Source of the DNA: a virus
Virus record (IMG/VR): IMGVR_UViG_3300035659_000004
Location: 1-64,000 of that record
DNA length: 64,000 nucleotides
Reading direction: 5' to 3' (one strand)
Both the position numbers and the translations under genes were made by a program. The stretch's first letter is position 1. Each line of letters opens with the position of its first letter. Positions 1 through 10,592 of this stretch are shown here, one piece after another. Under the pieces are notes generated by a model. The model did not search any database and was not told where the DNA came from. It saw nothing but the letters and a program-made list of their open reading frames with translations.

Positions 1-2
1 AC

Positions 3-1634
3 GTTGGGAATATACCAATTATCGCAGCACGAGTTGGTGACCTTTACGACTTCGATGCAGGTCGTTTTCTCCGAATAGAAGTGCCAGGTGGTCTTCCTTT
101 CTTTTCCTATGCAGAGCATCAACAGCTCGTGACAGGGGGACAGAGTACAGAGAGCTCGGAAGAATTTTTGGACCGTGCGCAGGTTGCAATCACGGTACGG
201 AATCTCATTAATAACCGGTCCATCGATACGGTAATTAATCAGCAATCTCCGGAGGCCACTAATATCCTGACCATTGGTATGGGTGAGCCCGAGATGGTGC
301 GCGATGTGCGGACTGAAATCTCCGCTGCGATTCCGCTGCATATTGGAGGGCATTACGACACGTACTTGGATTTGCCTGAGACACAGGTCGAGGAGAACGG
401 TACCGTAGGAGGTCTTTTTGCTCGGCCGGATGGAATAGCCAACGTTTTCCGTGACCCTGAGCTCACTTACGACCGCGGACGGACTTTTACGTCTTTTGGT
501 CTTGAGGTAGGGCACATTCTCTATGTCGTATCAGGAATAGTGGGAGTTCCTCGTGGTTTTCCCATTACGCGCGTAACAGACCACGCCATTTACGTAAGCG
601 AAAATTGCCCATTCGACGAGGCATCAGATGAACTCGATACCAACGCGGTGGAGTACTCGATTGGTTGGTTTGCTCCTAGTTTTTCCGAGGTGGATTTGGA
701 AGGGACTTCGGTCTATTCTCGAATCGCAGCGGCAAGTACAAACGCGCTCTACTCTACTATCCCTGCAGGCACCTCTAGAAAAATCTCCGAGCCTGGAGCC
801 ATCATCCTCTCCGGAAATCCCGTGCAGGACGTCATCTCTGTCGAGGTTACGGACCCTGCGCCCTCGGCGTTGGTTGATCCCTCGACCGGGACGCTACGGT
901 TTACGACGAGAGTGAATACGACTCCAATTGCAGGTTCTGTTATTGGGACTTCACAGTATCAGGTGGACTGCATCAATCCATCCAAAGGGCAGTCGCTCGC
1001 GGGTGTCGTTTTCATTAGAGTTGGGCCAGTGACGACCCCGGCGCTTTACGACGGAAAGAATTTGCGTGTGTCGTATCGGACATCCAGAACGTTCGCAACA
1101 CTGCAAACTCTTGCCAGTAGTTACGTAGAACGTGTCGTTGCAGCGAATCACCTCATAAAAGCACGTACGCCTATTTGGATTTATGCGGAGATTCCGTATC
1201 GACTGAAGCCCACGGCTACGGATGTCATTACGCCTTCGACAGCGCAGAGTGCTATCTCGGACCATATCAACGCATTCGACCCGAACGATGACCTGGATAT
1301 GTCCGACCTCTCCACGGTTTTTCGCGATACGTACCCAGATACCGTTGGAACGGTTTTTCCGTTCACTATCGAGTACGACTTGCACGCGCCTGACGGCCAG
1401 GTTTTGCAGTTTGAGACCACGGATATCGTCTCAATCTTTTTGAAGTCTACGAATGGCGTGACGCTGATGAATAGCGGGGATATCGTTGTCCCGGATGAAC
1501 TCATAGCGAAGGGTATCACCTCGATATCGACGGAGAGCGACCTCAATAATTTGTATGCGTATTATGGGATTTCAGATAGAACGGTGACGTACAAGACGCG
1601 GCCGGAACTCATCACCTTCACGCTTCGAGGCTAA
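3..1634 (+). CDS. Baseplate J-like/wedge protein (5'-truncated by window)
   Basis: Frame is open from base 3. GGQSTESSEEFLDRA resembles the baseplate-J 'GG.d.E.de.lr.R' motif; acidic, beta-rich; first gene of a tail cluster. Confidence 0.6.
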   Translation, partial: VGNIPIIAARVGDLYDFDAGRFLRIEVPGGLPFFSYAEHQQLVTGGQSTESSEEFLDRAQVAITVRNLINNRSIDTVINQQSPEATNILTIGMGEPEMVRDVRTEISAAIPLHIGGHYDTYLDLPETQVEENGTVGGLFARPDGIANVFRDPELTYDRGRTFTSFGLEVGHILYVVSGIVGVPRGFPITRVTDHAIYVSENCPFDEASDELDTNAVEYSIGWFAPSFSEVDLEGTSVYSRIAAASTNALYSTIPAGTSRKISEPGAIILSGNPVQDVISVEVTDPAPSALVDPSTGTLRFTTRVNTTPIAGSVIGTSQYQVDCINPSKGQSLAGVVFIRVGPVTTPALYDGKNLRVSYRTSRTFATLQTLASSYVERVVAANHLIKARTPIWIYAEIPYRLKPTATDVITPSTAQSAISDHINAFDPNDDLDMSDLSTVFRDTYPDTVGTVFPFTIEYDLHAPDGQVLQFETTDIVSIFLKSTNGVTLMNSGDIVVPDELIAKGITSISTESDLNNLYAYYGISDRTVTYKTRPELITFTLRG

Positions 1635-1638
1635 CTCC

Positions 1639-4600
1639 ATGGGTAATCCCTACGAACTTCCAGACTATGCCTCTTCGCTCTTCCAAGGTCTATCTGGATT
1701 TTGGCAGAGATTTTTCAGTGATACAGCCGACCTCGAGGCCTTCTATCAAGCTTCCGAGCAGTACCTTGGTCAGGTGTACCTCGATCTCTTATCGAACGTG
1801 CTCAGTACTTCGATAGACACGACGCCTGTTTTCAATAAAGAGTCCTGGAAGCTCTTTGCAATAGCTGAAAATGAGCTCTCGTTCACGGAGGGAGCGTCCG
1901 CAGTCGACGACCGTTTCACGTACGACATGCCGGGGACGACGGTTGATTTGGATGTGCTTCAGAACTCAATCGTTGACCCTACGTATGTACTCGAAAAAGA
2001 ATTGGATTTCGAGACGACGGCGTTGGATGGATATCTGCATTTCGTGTCAGACCCTTTTAGGCAGATTGTGGATGAGTCTGGTGAGTACATTCCAGCAGAA
2101 GGTGTGGCTTGGAGATGGGTCAATCTTTTAGTTGGAAATGCTTTTTACGACACGAATTTCAAAGGTCAGTGGCCGGATAGTACGGATGTGCGCCGTGGGA
2201 ATACGCTCCGTCTCCTCGCCTATCAAGGAGCGGAAGTTGTGAATGGAACCGTAGGAAAGCTCACGTACTCGGGGTCTCTTATTTTTTCATCGGCGACGGC
2301 GCCCTTCGTATCAACGTATCGAGGAGACGTTATAGAGGTTTATGGGGACCCGGGAGGTACGGCCTTTGGGCGATATCTCATCAAAGAAGTCCTATCTACC
2401 ACGCAGGTCCTCATTGATGAAGATGCCTACCTCACGCCGACCGTGACATCCGGGACGAACTTGACGTGGCGCCTCTTCAAAAACATCTATTACGATTACG
2501 GCTCACAGGACTACGAAATCGATTTTTTTGAGGAGTACAAGTTCATCGGAAAAAGTGATACGCCATATCCCATAGACCGCTCGGGGCCATTTTTGTACTC
2601 GGTGATACGCGAACCCGCGGACGACATGGTAGCGGGTGTGACCGTTAATGCGTACCCGACAGCTACGGACCTTGGAAGTCGCCATCTAAAAGTGGGGACG
2701 GTGGATGTTTTCGCTACACGTCTTTTTGATGGAAGTCAGGTTCAGGAAAACGTGGATTTCACCGTTGATTATTTGCGCGGTGTTATTACACCGGTCTATT
2801 ATCCTGACCCCATAGATAGTATGGGAGTAGGAGATGGAACTCTCACAGATATGGGGACGTATGCGACCTTCACACATACATCTGCCGTATTTGTTGAGGC
2901 CTACGACGTTGGTGGAACCATTGCTATCACGTCGGGTTCGAGTCCAGGGTTATACACAATAGCGAGTGTGGTCAGTTCGCACGTCGTGGAACTTGAGGAT
3001 AGCGCCAGCATAACGACCGAGGCGGGCGTTAATTGGATACGCCGTAGGGCCTCGACTGTCCCGGCTTGGGACCCATTGTCTTCCATTTCGAAATGTTCTT
3101 ATCAGTTTTCACGGGAGGTCCTCCTCTCTGCGAACGGAGCGGTAGCGGAGCAGTCCGAAGGGTCGGTCAAGCAACTCTCCTTCTGGGTTCCCGAAGTGTT
3201 GGTGGACCGTTTTACGCTCTATAACAATTATGGAGCGATGCTAAATCGTTTTCAGGCCTCGTCTGAGACGTATCGTGTTTTTCTTCGTGGAATCATGTAC
3301 TTATACGTCTCTGGACCTATCCTGCAGCGTATCGAATCCGCGTTGAACGTCGCGGCCGGGTATCCGGTCTGCAGCACCGCGGGGGAGACGCTCACCACGT
3401 ACGACTCGGGGTTGACTTACAGTGGGACGGACGGTGTTTTCACGGCCTTGACCACGCAATTCTCGAGCGCGAGCACGACCTTCACGTCGCTGGATATCGG
3501 CGGGTATGTGGTTGTTAAAGTCGCGGTCGAAGACATCAACCGCACGCGCTTTCGGGTCTTGAGCGTGATTGATTCCCATACGGTCGAGGTCGAAGCGACG
3601 TACGGCGTGTTGGATGAAGTAGGGATGACCTGGGAGTTCAGCCGAACGCTCAAACATACCCTGACCACGGAGACGACGAGCGGCACGGTACGGACGTATT
3701 CGTTCCCCTACTGGGTACCGATGCGGAGCGATCTCATTCCGGCGAATGCTGTAACCTTCGATGCTTTTGAGGTATTTACAACTGCCTTTATCGTGTCGGA
3801 CTATTTGATTGACCCGACATGGTGGCACAACAAGTATATCCCAGAGGTGCTCTGGGGTTCGTCGTCGCAGTCTCGGAGATTTGCAACGACGCAATTAATC
3901 GAACATGTTTTTGACCCCGCAGACGGGGCATGTATCGATGACCCTGGTTTGTATTTGGACGCGGGAGATGATGGAGTCGTCCTTCATCCAGAGATTCCAT
4001 TTACGACAACGCCTGTGTCTTTGTTTCGACACACGGTAGCCTTCATTCTTTTTGACCGCTACCTAAAGATGCACATGTTTTATGTGGGGATTGATCATGA
4101 TACTGAATTTTCGACGGAGTTTATTGATGACATCACCGATCTTGTGTTGGTTGCTAAGCCCGCGTATACGTACCCTTATGTTGAGCCAGGTGAAGATTTC
4201 CGCGATACTCTGAAGCTGCTCGAGGAGTTCTGGATTGGTGAAATAGGATTTACGCTCGATGACTCATTTGCGACTGTTGCAAAAGGAATCACTCTCGATC
4301 ACGATATCCTGACCCTCGATGATTATTATCGATACGAGACCTATGTCGCAGAGGCTACAGGAAAAATTGCGCCGCTGTCGGCCCTCACAACGTTTAATAT
4401 CGCACCTTCCCCCATTGCTCCTGAACGTGAATATTTTGTGACGCTACGTTTCAACGCGACAGTCCACGGGAAGCAGGTCGTCGAAGGGCGCGATTATACT
4501 ATCGATTTAGACCCCATATCGGCATCCTATGGAGAAGTGACGATTGTTACGGCGGATTGGGACGCGGGTGCGATAACGTTCGACGCCCAGACCATTGTTT

Positions 4601-4788
4601 TGTACAATGCGGGTTTGAGTGCGCCAAATACAACGATTGGATATACCCCTTTAGCCGTTGATGGAACAGACCCGACCTATTTGCGTGATACTGTCACGGA
4701 GCAATCAATGATCGACCGAGCACTGACCGTTACTATTGATACAGGACTTCCAGCAGGGATTCCTCCAGGAAACTACACGTATGTCTGA
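1639..4788 (+). CDS. Large baseplate/tail structural protein
   Basis: 1049 aa, T/S/V/D-rich. Repeated 'Y.I..V.S...V.l' beta units and YRVFLRGI...IESALN segment typical of baseplate wedge proteins; context. Confidence 0.5.
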   Translation: MGNPYELPDYASSLFQGLSGFWQRFFSDTADLEAFYQASEQYLGQVYLDLLSNVLSTSIDTTPVFNKESWKLFAIAENELSFTEGASAVDDRFTYDMPGTTVDLDVLQNSIVDPTYVLEKELDFETTALDGYLHFVSDPFRQIVDESGEYIPAEGVAWRWVNLLVGNAFYDTNFKGQWPDSTDVRRGNTLRLLAYQGAEVVNGTVGKLTYSGSLIFSSATAPFVSTYRGDVIEVYGDPGGTAFGRYLIKEVLSTTQVLIDEDAYLTPTVTSGTNLTWRLFKNIYYDYGSQDYEIDFFEEYKFIGKSDTPYPIDRSGPFLYSVIREPADDMVAGVTVNAYPTATDLGSRHLKVGTVDVFATRLFDGSQVQENVDFTVDYLRGVITPVYYPDPIDSMGVGDGTLTDMGTYATFTHTSAVFVEAYDVGGTIAITSGSSPGLYTIASVVSSHVVELEDSASITTEAGVNWIRRRASTVPAWDPLSSISKCSYQFSREVLLSANGAVAEQSEGSVKQLSFWVPEVLVDRFTLYNNYGAMLNRFQASSETYRVFLRGIMYLYVSGPILQRIESALNVAAGYPVCSTAGETLTTYDSGLTYSGTDGVFTALTTQFSSASTTFTSLDIGGYVVVKVAVEDINRTRFRVLSVIDSHTVEVEATYGVLDEVGMTWEFSRTLKHTLTTETTSGTVRTYSFPYWVPMRSDLIPANAVTFDAFEVFTTAFIVSDYLIDPTWWHNKYIPEVLWGSSSQSRRFATTQLIEHVFDPADGACIDDPGLYLDAGDDGVVLHPEIPFTTTPVSLFRHTVAFILFDRYLKMHMFYVGIDHDTEFSTEFIDDITDLVLVAKPAYTYPYVEPGEDFRDTLKLLEEFWIGEIGFTLDDSFATVAKGITLDHDILTLDDYYRYETYVAEATGKIAPLSALTTFNIAPSPIAPEREYFVTLRFNATVHGKQVVEGRDYTIDLDPISASYGEVTIVTADWDAGAITFDAQTIVLYNAGLSAPNTTIGYTPLAVDGTDPTYLRDTVTEQSMIDRALTVTIDTGLPAGIPPGNYTYV

Positions 4789-4800
4789 AAGGGTAAAACC

Positions 4801-5361
4801 ATGCCTCACTTTCTAGATCAAGGTGGCCTTTACGGGCATTTCTACATGCGGGTTTACGACGTAGCTCTTGACGGGAGTAAAACGCTGCGTTTTAGATTTG
4901 CAAAGAAAAATCAAATCACAAATAATGGGCGTTTGACGGTGCTCGGTCTTTTGTCGCAGGTTGCGTTAGGCACGCCCGTTCAAGCACACCCGGAATACGG
5001 ACAAATTTGGTCCTTGAGCGTAGGCGATAGCAATATCCCTCCTGCGTCCTCTCAGACGAGTCTTGTCTCGCCTGTTTGGACAGGAGCTCTCGATGTGGCG
5101 CTTGGAGAACGTGCATACAATCCAGGGTCTTATCAATTGAATATTCATAAAGAGGTACCTCCGGGAACCGCCACAGGGTCTACCTTTGCGGAGGCTGGAT
5201 TATTTACGCGGGGGTCCCTAGCTGCGCCTACTCCGGGTTATCCGACTTGGGAGGTTATCCCCGAGCGTCTTATGTACGCTCGGCAAATCTTTTCCTCTTT
5301 TGTAAAGGGTTTGACAATGTCCGTGGTATTTGACTGGACCCTCGGCATGACCGTGGCGTAG
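4801..5361 (+). CDS. Tail-collar/fibre-attachment baseplate protein
   Basis: KNQITNNGR...FAEAGLF...LMYARQIF...VVFDWTL pattern of tail-collar-fibre N-terminal-like proteins; precedes the fibre gene. Confidence 0.5.
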   Translation: MPHFLDQGGLYGHFYMRVYDVALDGSKTLRFRFAKKNQITNNGRLTVLGLLSQVALGTPVQAHPEYGQIWSLSVGDSNIPPASSQTSLVSPVWTGALDVALGERAYNPGSYQLNIHKEVPPGTATGSTFAEAGLFTRGSLAAPTPGYPTWEVIPERLMYARQIFSSFVKGLTMSVVFDWTLGMTVA

Positions 5362-5373
5362 GAGAAATTTTCA

Positions 5374-8232
5374 ATGTCTACACAACTGATTGATTTTGAA
5401 ACTGGGAGTTTGACGACAGGCGATTCCGGCGAGCGTATGGAGGAGGAGTCCATCAAGCCTTACGTCGCGGGTGAGCGGGTCCAGGCAGTCGTCTTCGACC
5501 GACCCCTTGAGAATCTTCGGGCGCGCACGGAAGAGCTCCGGAAGAAGGTCGAGGACCTCTTGTACCGCGCCGATGCGGACAAGTGGATCATCACGGGTGG
5601 TAATAGTATTGGCCAGGTGACGGTGCCGGTGTTGACGGCATTCCCAACCGTGACATGGTCAACTGGCACGAACAAGTTCACGATTTCGGAAGCGATTGTG
5701 CTTCAGCCCCTGATGGCTCCACTTGAGGACAAGTTTGCGTCCAAGAGTTTTGTGCTTAAGACTGCTACATTTTTGATTTCAGCCAATGACAATGTTGCAG
5801 CGAGAGACATCCTTTTTGATTATCAGTTGGCTAACAGCATTCGCATTATTTGGGAAGAGTCTGCGTCGCTCGGGGGTGACACTTGCGTAGCAACAATTGA
5901 AGGAGAACCTGAGCATATTCTTCGAATTGTTATTCGGGATGACGGAACAACCCTTGCATCAGATGTTGCAGTTGAACTCAATACAATTTTAGGACCACCA
6001 ATCGCGGCGTCTCCATTCAAGTTCACATTGACGAGTGCCGTACCTGTTTATATTAGTTTATCGGACTTGTCGGCAGGAGACCGCGATGTAGTTCTTACTG
6101 GAACATATTCACGTGAGTTACATCATCTTGCTGCAGCAGAACTCAACACGTTCTTTGGCACTACCACGTTATCAGCTGATGGTGATGGTATTGGTATTTG
6201 GTACGAAGAGTTGACGGATTCAGTTTTGTCCACGCGCGGTGGGCGCCGACAAGCGACACCGATGACAGCTCCGGCACCGAATACGGAGGTTCTTTCGACC
6301 AAGCTTTTCAAGTTTTCGACCAACCCTGAAAAGATTCCCGGAGCTATTCCCCTGTGTCGGCGCATCGGTACGTCCTTGGTGTTTGTCGATGGGACGGTTG
6401 TGGCCGCGGGACAGACGGCGACGTTTGGTGGAGAGGGCTCTATCGATGCGTTGTTGGCTCGGTATCTTACGCATGTCGGTGGGACAGCAGACCAACATCC
6501 AGCTGAAGATATTACTTTTGATGATACAAATTTTAATGCTAGTTGGGGACTTAACCCAGCAGAGGTACAAGAGGCTATTGACTTAGTTGTGGGTGCGTTG
6601 GATGCAACGACTGCTCCTAGTGGGGCGACTCGTGTAGGTTATGCGCCTTATTCTTGGATTGCAGCGACTACTGTTAGCGATGTTATTAAAGAAATTGTAG
6701 ATGACCTTGCGCTTCAGGCCGGCACTCCCGGCACGGCACGCATTGGCAACGTCGCAGCGGTCACGACTGTATGGGATTGGTTTACGCGAAGTAAGGACAC
6801 AGTCCAGGCGCAACTTGCTTCGGTGTTTACGGCGTTGAACAGCTGCCTGCCGGTAAATCAGACCAATGTTAATCCGCAGGTCGCGGTGGACGGTTCTGAT
6901 TCGATCTTTCAGGGTATGTTACGCGGGTTGGTGGCGCCGGCGCCATCGGTTTCGTGGAAACAATTGATTGAGCAGGATTATGGAGATGTCGGTTCGAGTC
7001 TGGGTGTGCAGCCGTCGATCCCGTGGGCGCCGCCCAATTATCGGGACGTGGGTACGCGCACCTGGGTTGATGTCTGCCCGGGATGGTTTTGGTATGCGCG
7101 TAAGCCGTGTTTTTTCGCGGTCTCTAATGAAAAAGCATGTGTATATAAGCTTAACCATATCGCTACGAACTCCGACGGCATTGGCGACGTGGATATCTAC
7201 GTCGATTGGAGCGGCACCTACCCGCTTGCGATGCCGCTCGCGGTGGCGAGTAACGGCAAGTATTTGTACGTGCTCACCGCGGATTCATCGACGCATCGCG
7301 CGAGAATGTTGCAATACGACTGCTACACGAATCCGCTCACAACGCCGACGCTCTATAAGAACGAGTATTTCGATGCCATCGAGCTATGGGATGGCGCGTC
7401 GGCTTATGTAACTTCGATTTCGATGGGAACGAATACCTTGGCCTTTACGGCCAAACATAGCACCGGGGTGCTCACGGCTGACGAGTTCACCGTGATCGTC
7501 GCGCAGGCAGACGTTACCTCTTGGGGTCATGGGCGTGGAAATATAGGCGTGGGAGCTGGTATCGACAATGCTACTGGTTCGCTTTGTCATATTGGCGATG
7601 ACACGTATGCCTTTGGTTACAGAGATGGAAGCCTGCATGGATTCGCTGCTGTTCAGGCGACGGTCATTGGTGGTTTGGTGACTGGCGTCATTGTGCCCGC
7701 AGCCGGGCCGCTCACAGTAAAGGGGACTGGCTCGTCGTATATGCTTAAATCCTGCGTTTTTGATGGCGCGACCGCGTGGTTTATTGATGAGACCGGGCAA
7801 GTCTTTGCCTATGCCCATAAGGGCAGCGACGCATCTGAGGCCGAGCGGTGGATAATAGCTTTCGAATTGACGACTAATAACCTGATTGATCAGTCGGTTG
7901 GCGCAGAGGTGCGCCTCGCGTTTGATGGAGCGCGCGTATGGATTGCTGCGCGCGCGTATGGATTAAATCGTATTGTAATGATGTCGTTTGATCCAACGCT
8001 CATGCTTGATCCGGTATTTTTCCCAGCTGGTTATCCAGCCAAGTTCCCTATGATATATCTAAATCCGCCGGTCACGGCCGGGTGGGCATCTAACGGCCCG
8101 ACAACGGGCCAAGGCCCCGGCAAGATCGCGATCATTGCGGACGTCGCCATGGTAATCGGGCGCTTGGAGCCTAAGGACGGCATTTTGCATAGGGTGGTTA
8201 ACCTGTCTCGGCGCGGTGGACAGTTTGCATGA
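5374..8232 (+). CDS. Tail fibre / receptor-binding protein
   Basis: 952 aa. Internal repeats (EVQEAIDLVV..GATRVG / TVSDVIKEIV..GTARIG / TVQAQLASV) and a beta-propeller-like C-terminus (LAVASNGKYLYV, CVFDGATAWF, LAFDGARVWI). Confidence 0.6.
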   Translation: MSTQLIDFETGSLTTGDSGERMEEESIKPYVAGERVQAVVFDRPLENLRARTEELRKKVEDLLYRADADKWIITGGNSIGQVTVPVLTAFPTVTWSTGTNKFTISEAIVLQPLMAPLEDKFASKSFVLKTATFLISANDNVAARDILFDYQLANSIRIIWEESASLGGDTCVATIEGEPEHILRIVIRDDGTTLASDVAVELNTILGPPIAASPFKFTLTSAVPVYISLSDLSAGDRDVVLTGTYSRELHHLAAAELNTFFGTTTLSADGDGIGIWYEELTDSVLSTRGGRRQATPMTAPAPNTEVLSTKLFKFSTNPEKIPGAIPLCRRIGTSLVFVDGTVVAAGQTATFGGEGSIDALLARYLTHVGGTADQHPAEDITFDDTNFNASWGLNPAEVQEAIDLVVGALDATTAPSGATRVGYAPYSWIAATTVSDVIKEIVDDLALQAGTPGTARIGNVAAVTTVWDWFTRSKDTVQAQLASVFTALNSCLPVNQTNVNPQVAVDGSDSIFQGMLRGLVAPAPSVSWKQLIEQDYGDVGSSLGVQPSIPWAPPNYRDVGTRTWVDVCPGWFWYARKPCFFAVSNEKACVYKLNHIATNSDGIGDVDIYVDWSGTYPLAMPLAVASNGKYLYVLTADSSTHRARMLQYDCYTNPLTTPTLYKNEYFDAIELWDGASAYVTSISMGTNTLAFTAKHSTGVLTADEFTVIVAQADVTSWGHGRGNIGVGAGIDNATGSLCHIGDDTYAFGYRDGSLHGFAAVQATVIGGLVTGVIVPAAGPLTVKGTGSSYMLKSCVFDGATAWFIDETGQVFAYAHKGSDASEAERWIIAFELTTNNLIDQSVGAEVRLAFDGARVWIAARAYGLNRIVMMSFDPTLMLDPVFFPAGYPAKFPMIYLNPPVTAGWASNGPTTGQGPGKIAIIADVAMVIGRLEPKDGILHRVVNLSRRGGQFA

Positions 8233-8289
8233 ACGGTAGTTTATTTTAAAGACGTGAAAATAAGTTGTATCCTATATAGATTTTATAAC

Positions 8290-8778
8290 CTAAACCACAT
8301 ACTCAAATCTCGTCGGCACCTCATCCAACTCCACTTTAACACTCGAATTTATCCACTGAGTCAGCCCTCTCGCTGTCGCCAAGCGAGCCAGCATCGATAT
8401 TTTCTCTGTTCCTTTCGTGGCGACTTTCATGACGTCGTGCAGGTCATCCCCATTTTTCGTGGCCTCGACGGCGGCCGGCCACATATCTGAGATGGGTCCG
8501 TTGTTCAGGTAGTCCAAGAAGGCCTGCTCCATGACCGTCGCGGCGCCCTCGGGGTCGTCTTCGATGACGAAGGCGACGATGAGTCGGGCGGTGAGCGCTT
8601 GGACGGCAGCAGGGCTGAGGTTGGTTCCCTCGGCGATGTCCACGCCGTCCAGTGTCGCGAAGGCGAAGTGCCTGGCTATCTGTTCGGCCATGTTGTGGGC
8701 GGATTGGACTGTCGTCTCGGCCGGGAGAGCGGCGGCGAGCGAGGTTGCGAATTCGATGACGTTGTCCGCGAGGGCCAT
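8290..8778 (-). CDS. Hypothetical protein
   Basis: 162-aa ORF abutting the upstream gene's stop (TAGATG); helical, Ala-rich. Confidence 0.6.
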   Translation of the reverse strand: MALADNVIEFATSLAAALPAETTVQSAHNMAEQIARHFAFATLDGVDIAEGTNLSPAAVQALTARLIVAFVIEDDPEGAATVMEQAFLDYLNNGPISDMWPAAVEATKNGDDLHDVMKVATKGTEKISMLARLATARGLTQWINSSVKVELDEVPTRFEYVV

Positions 8779-8967
8779 CTAGAGGACCTTCTCCATGAGG
8801 TCGACCTGCTCGAGCAGATAACCCGCGGAGTATTTTTTCAGAAGGATGCGGACGCCTGCTATTCCGTCTAAGCAATCCTTGCAGATGTGCCCTACCGTGA
8901 CGGTGCCATGCTTGATTTCAATCGAATCTTCGGCGGGTGTTTTCAGGCACTCAAAAATGCTACACAT
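8779..8967 (-). CDS. Small Cys-containing (zinc-finger-like) protein
   Basis: C-x4-C ... CKDC; GAGG RBS before ATG 8967; overlaps the ruvC stop. Confidence 0.55.
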   Translation of the reverse strand: MCSIFECLKTPAEDSIEIKHGTVTVGHICKDCLDGIAGVRILLKKYSAGYLLEQVDLMEKVL

Positions 8968-9496
8968 CGTCTTCAACCTCTAGCTGCTTGAGCTTGTGCA
9001 AGACCTCGAGTTGAGATCGGGTCATCCCATTTGGAAAATGGATTCCACGGGCGAGCTCGGCCATCCAGAGCGCGTCCGCTTCGTCGTCGCTTTTATCAGT
9101 TCCGGGCCACTGGGGCCAGTACCCTTGTGCCGTTTTCACCATGAAGTTCTTGTCGGATAGACCGCGTCCTGTGGCAAATTTTTTCACGGACGAGGGAGGT
9201 GCAAGGAGCACGGGGATGCCGTAATCATAAAGTTTCAGGAGGAAGAGTCCGCGAACTTGTCCAAGTAGGTCAGCTTTTAGGGGTCTCTCGTAGGCTGGGG
9301 CCTCAATTACTGCTTGTGTTATTTGGCCTAAATAGGGGCGCAGTAAATGCGGAACAGTATCTCGAATGTAAGCCAGCCGTTCTCCGCCGCGCCGCTGTTT
9401 GGGGAGAATGGTTCCCGCGAAGACGTACTGTCCCTTCTCTCCGATGAGCGCCAAGCCTGTGCTGGTAGCAGAAGGGTCGATTCCTAAGAAGTACAC
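8960..9496 (-). CDS. ruvC: RuvC-like Holliday junction resolvase
   Basis: FLGIDPSATSTG, VIEAP, VKKFATGRG.SDK, DEADALWMA catalytic motifs; AAGGAG RBS before GTG 9496. Confidence 0.9.
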   Translation of the reverse strand: MYFLGIDPSATSTGLALIGEKGQYVFAGTILPKQRRGGERLAYIRDTVPHLLRPYLGQITQAVIEAPAYERPLKADLLGQVRGLFLLKLYDYGIPVLLAPPSSVKKFATGRGLSDKNFMVKTAQGYWPQWPGTDKSDDEADALWMAELARGIHFPNGMTRSQLEVLHKLKQLEVEDDV

Positions 9497-9497
9497 G

Positions 9498-9526
9498 TTG
9501 TATCTCCTTTCCAAGACCGCTAAGAT
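9498..9526 (+). promoter_or_regulatory. sigma70-type promoter, probably giving a leaderless mRNA
   Basis: TTGTAT-17 nt-TAAGAT; ATG 9533 begins 7 nt after the -10 box and has no SD. Confidence 0.5.
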
Positions 9527-9532
9527 TATCGC

Positions 9533-10213
9533 ATGGCCAAGATGAATGTAACATACAGTCGTGAAGTTCTAGAAGACGGCTATTTTTTGGGGGTGACGGT
9601 GTTGCCGGCGCCCGATACGGACCCAGCTGGGAAGCTCGAGGAGTCCCTCGTTGTTAATACGGCTGATGAAGACATCGCGCGCTTTTCAACGCTCGTGGAT
9701 TTGGAAGACCTAGCAGTAGGTACAACTCTTGAGTGGTTTCAAGCAGCTTCGTATGCGAAGACCCCTCCTGAAGGTACTCCGCAAATGTATGACACACTGC
9801 GTCTTGATACCATTCCAGGATCGTGGGTGCAGCTTGGAGCCGCGGCACCTATGAATTTTTCAATTGAAGAGATCACGGGGTCGTTATATGCGTTTAGATT
9901 ATCTGGGTCGGTTATGCCGCCATGTGGATTTACCGGGATTTTATCTTTTACGATTTTAGAAAATACGGAAGGAGGAGAGGTCATACGGATATCTCAAATA
10001 ACAGATCAGATTGTCACTATCCGCCGCTACGACCAAAACTCTTCAGGAAATGACCCGTACGTGCGCGTTGCAAGTGCAGCCAAGCTTTTCTCGTCGATAA
10101 CAGAAGCTACGAATAAGTACGCGGCCCTTCGAGCTGAAGCGGCTTCTCTTATAGACGCCACGGACCTCGAAGAAGAATCTTTCACGGGTACAATCACGGA
10201 GGAATATGACTGA
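9533..10213 (+). CDS. Hypothetical, probably virion protein
   Basis: 226 aa, acidic; + strand like all structural genes; TGATG-coupled to the next ORF. Confidence 0.6.
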   Translation: MAKMNVTYSREVLEDGYFLGVTVLPAPDTDPAGKLEESLVVNTADEDIARFSTLVDLEDLAVGTTLEWFQAASYAKTPPEGTPQMYDTLRLDTIPGSWVQLGAAAPMNFSIEEITGSLYAFRLSGSVMPPCGFTGILSFTILENTEGGEVIRISQITDQIVTIRRYDQNSSGNDPYVRVASAAKLFSSITEATNKYAALRAEAASLIDATDLEEESFTGTITEEYD

Positions 10214-10587
10214 TGGCTGTTTCTATTACGCTAAAACAAACACAGTCCATCACAGAAGCGAATCTCTTCCGTGTTTTGGATGAGGTCACGGCCGCAGCAG
10301 ATATTTCTGGTTCTATCTTCGTTTTCACAACCGAGACCCAGGCCTTCTCGCATGTAGCGACGGTCTACGATATCGAGCATCTCACGTATACCTCCTATGC
10401 CGAGGCCTTTGCGGCGGGTGCGGAGTTTTATAGGCTTGACGAGGTTCAAAGGGACTTTGAATCGCAAGCTACCGCTGAGTCTTTTGCGGCGTATACACAG
10501 GCTCGAACGCGGACATTGGTGGATGATTACATCGAATATTCAGCAGGCTTCGAAGGTGTGACGACCTTTGTTTACACAGGAGCGTAG
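10213..10587 (+). CDS. Hypothetical, probably virion protein
   Basis: 124 aa; shares an IFV(F/Y)...F..(V/L)...YD(I/L)E pattern with the N-half of the next ORF. Confidence 0.6.
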   Translation: MAVSITLKQTQSITEANLFRVLDEVTAAADISGSIFVFTTETQAFSHVATVYDIEHLTYTSYAEAFAAGAEFYRLDEVQRDFESQATAESFAAYTQARTRTLVDDYIEYSAGFEGVTTFVYTGA

Positions 10588-10592
10588 ATAAA

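Noticed and set aside
8240-8263. Terminator at the tail-fibre convergent junction
   Set aside because: Only a weak all-AT stem (TTATTTT...AAAATAA); insufficient support.
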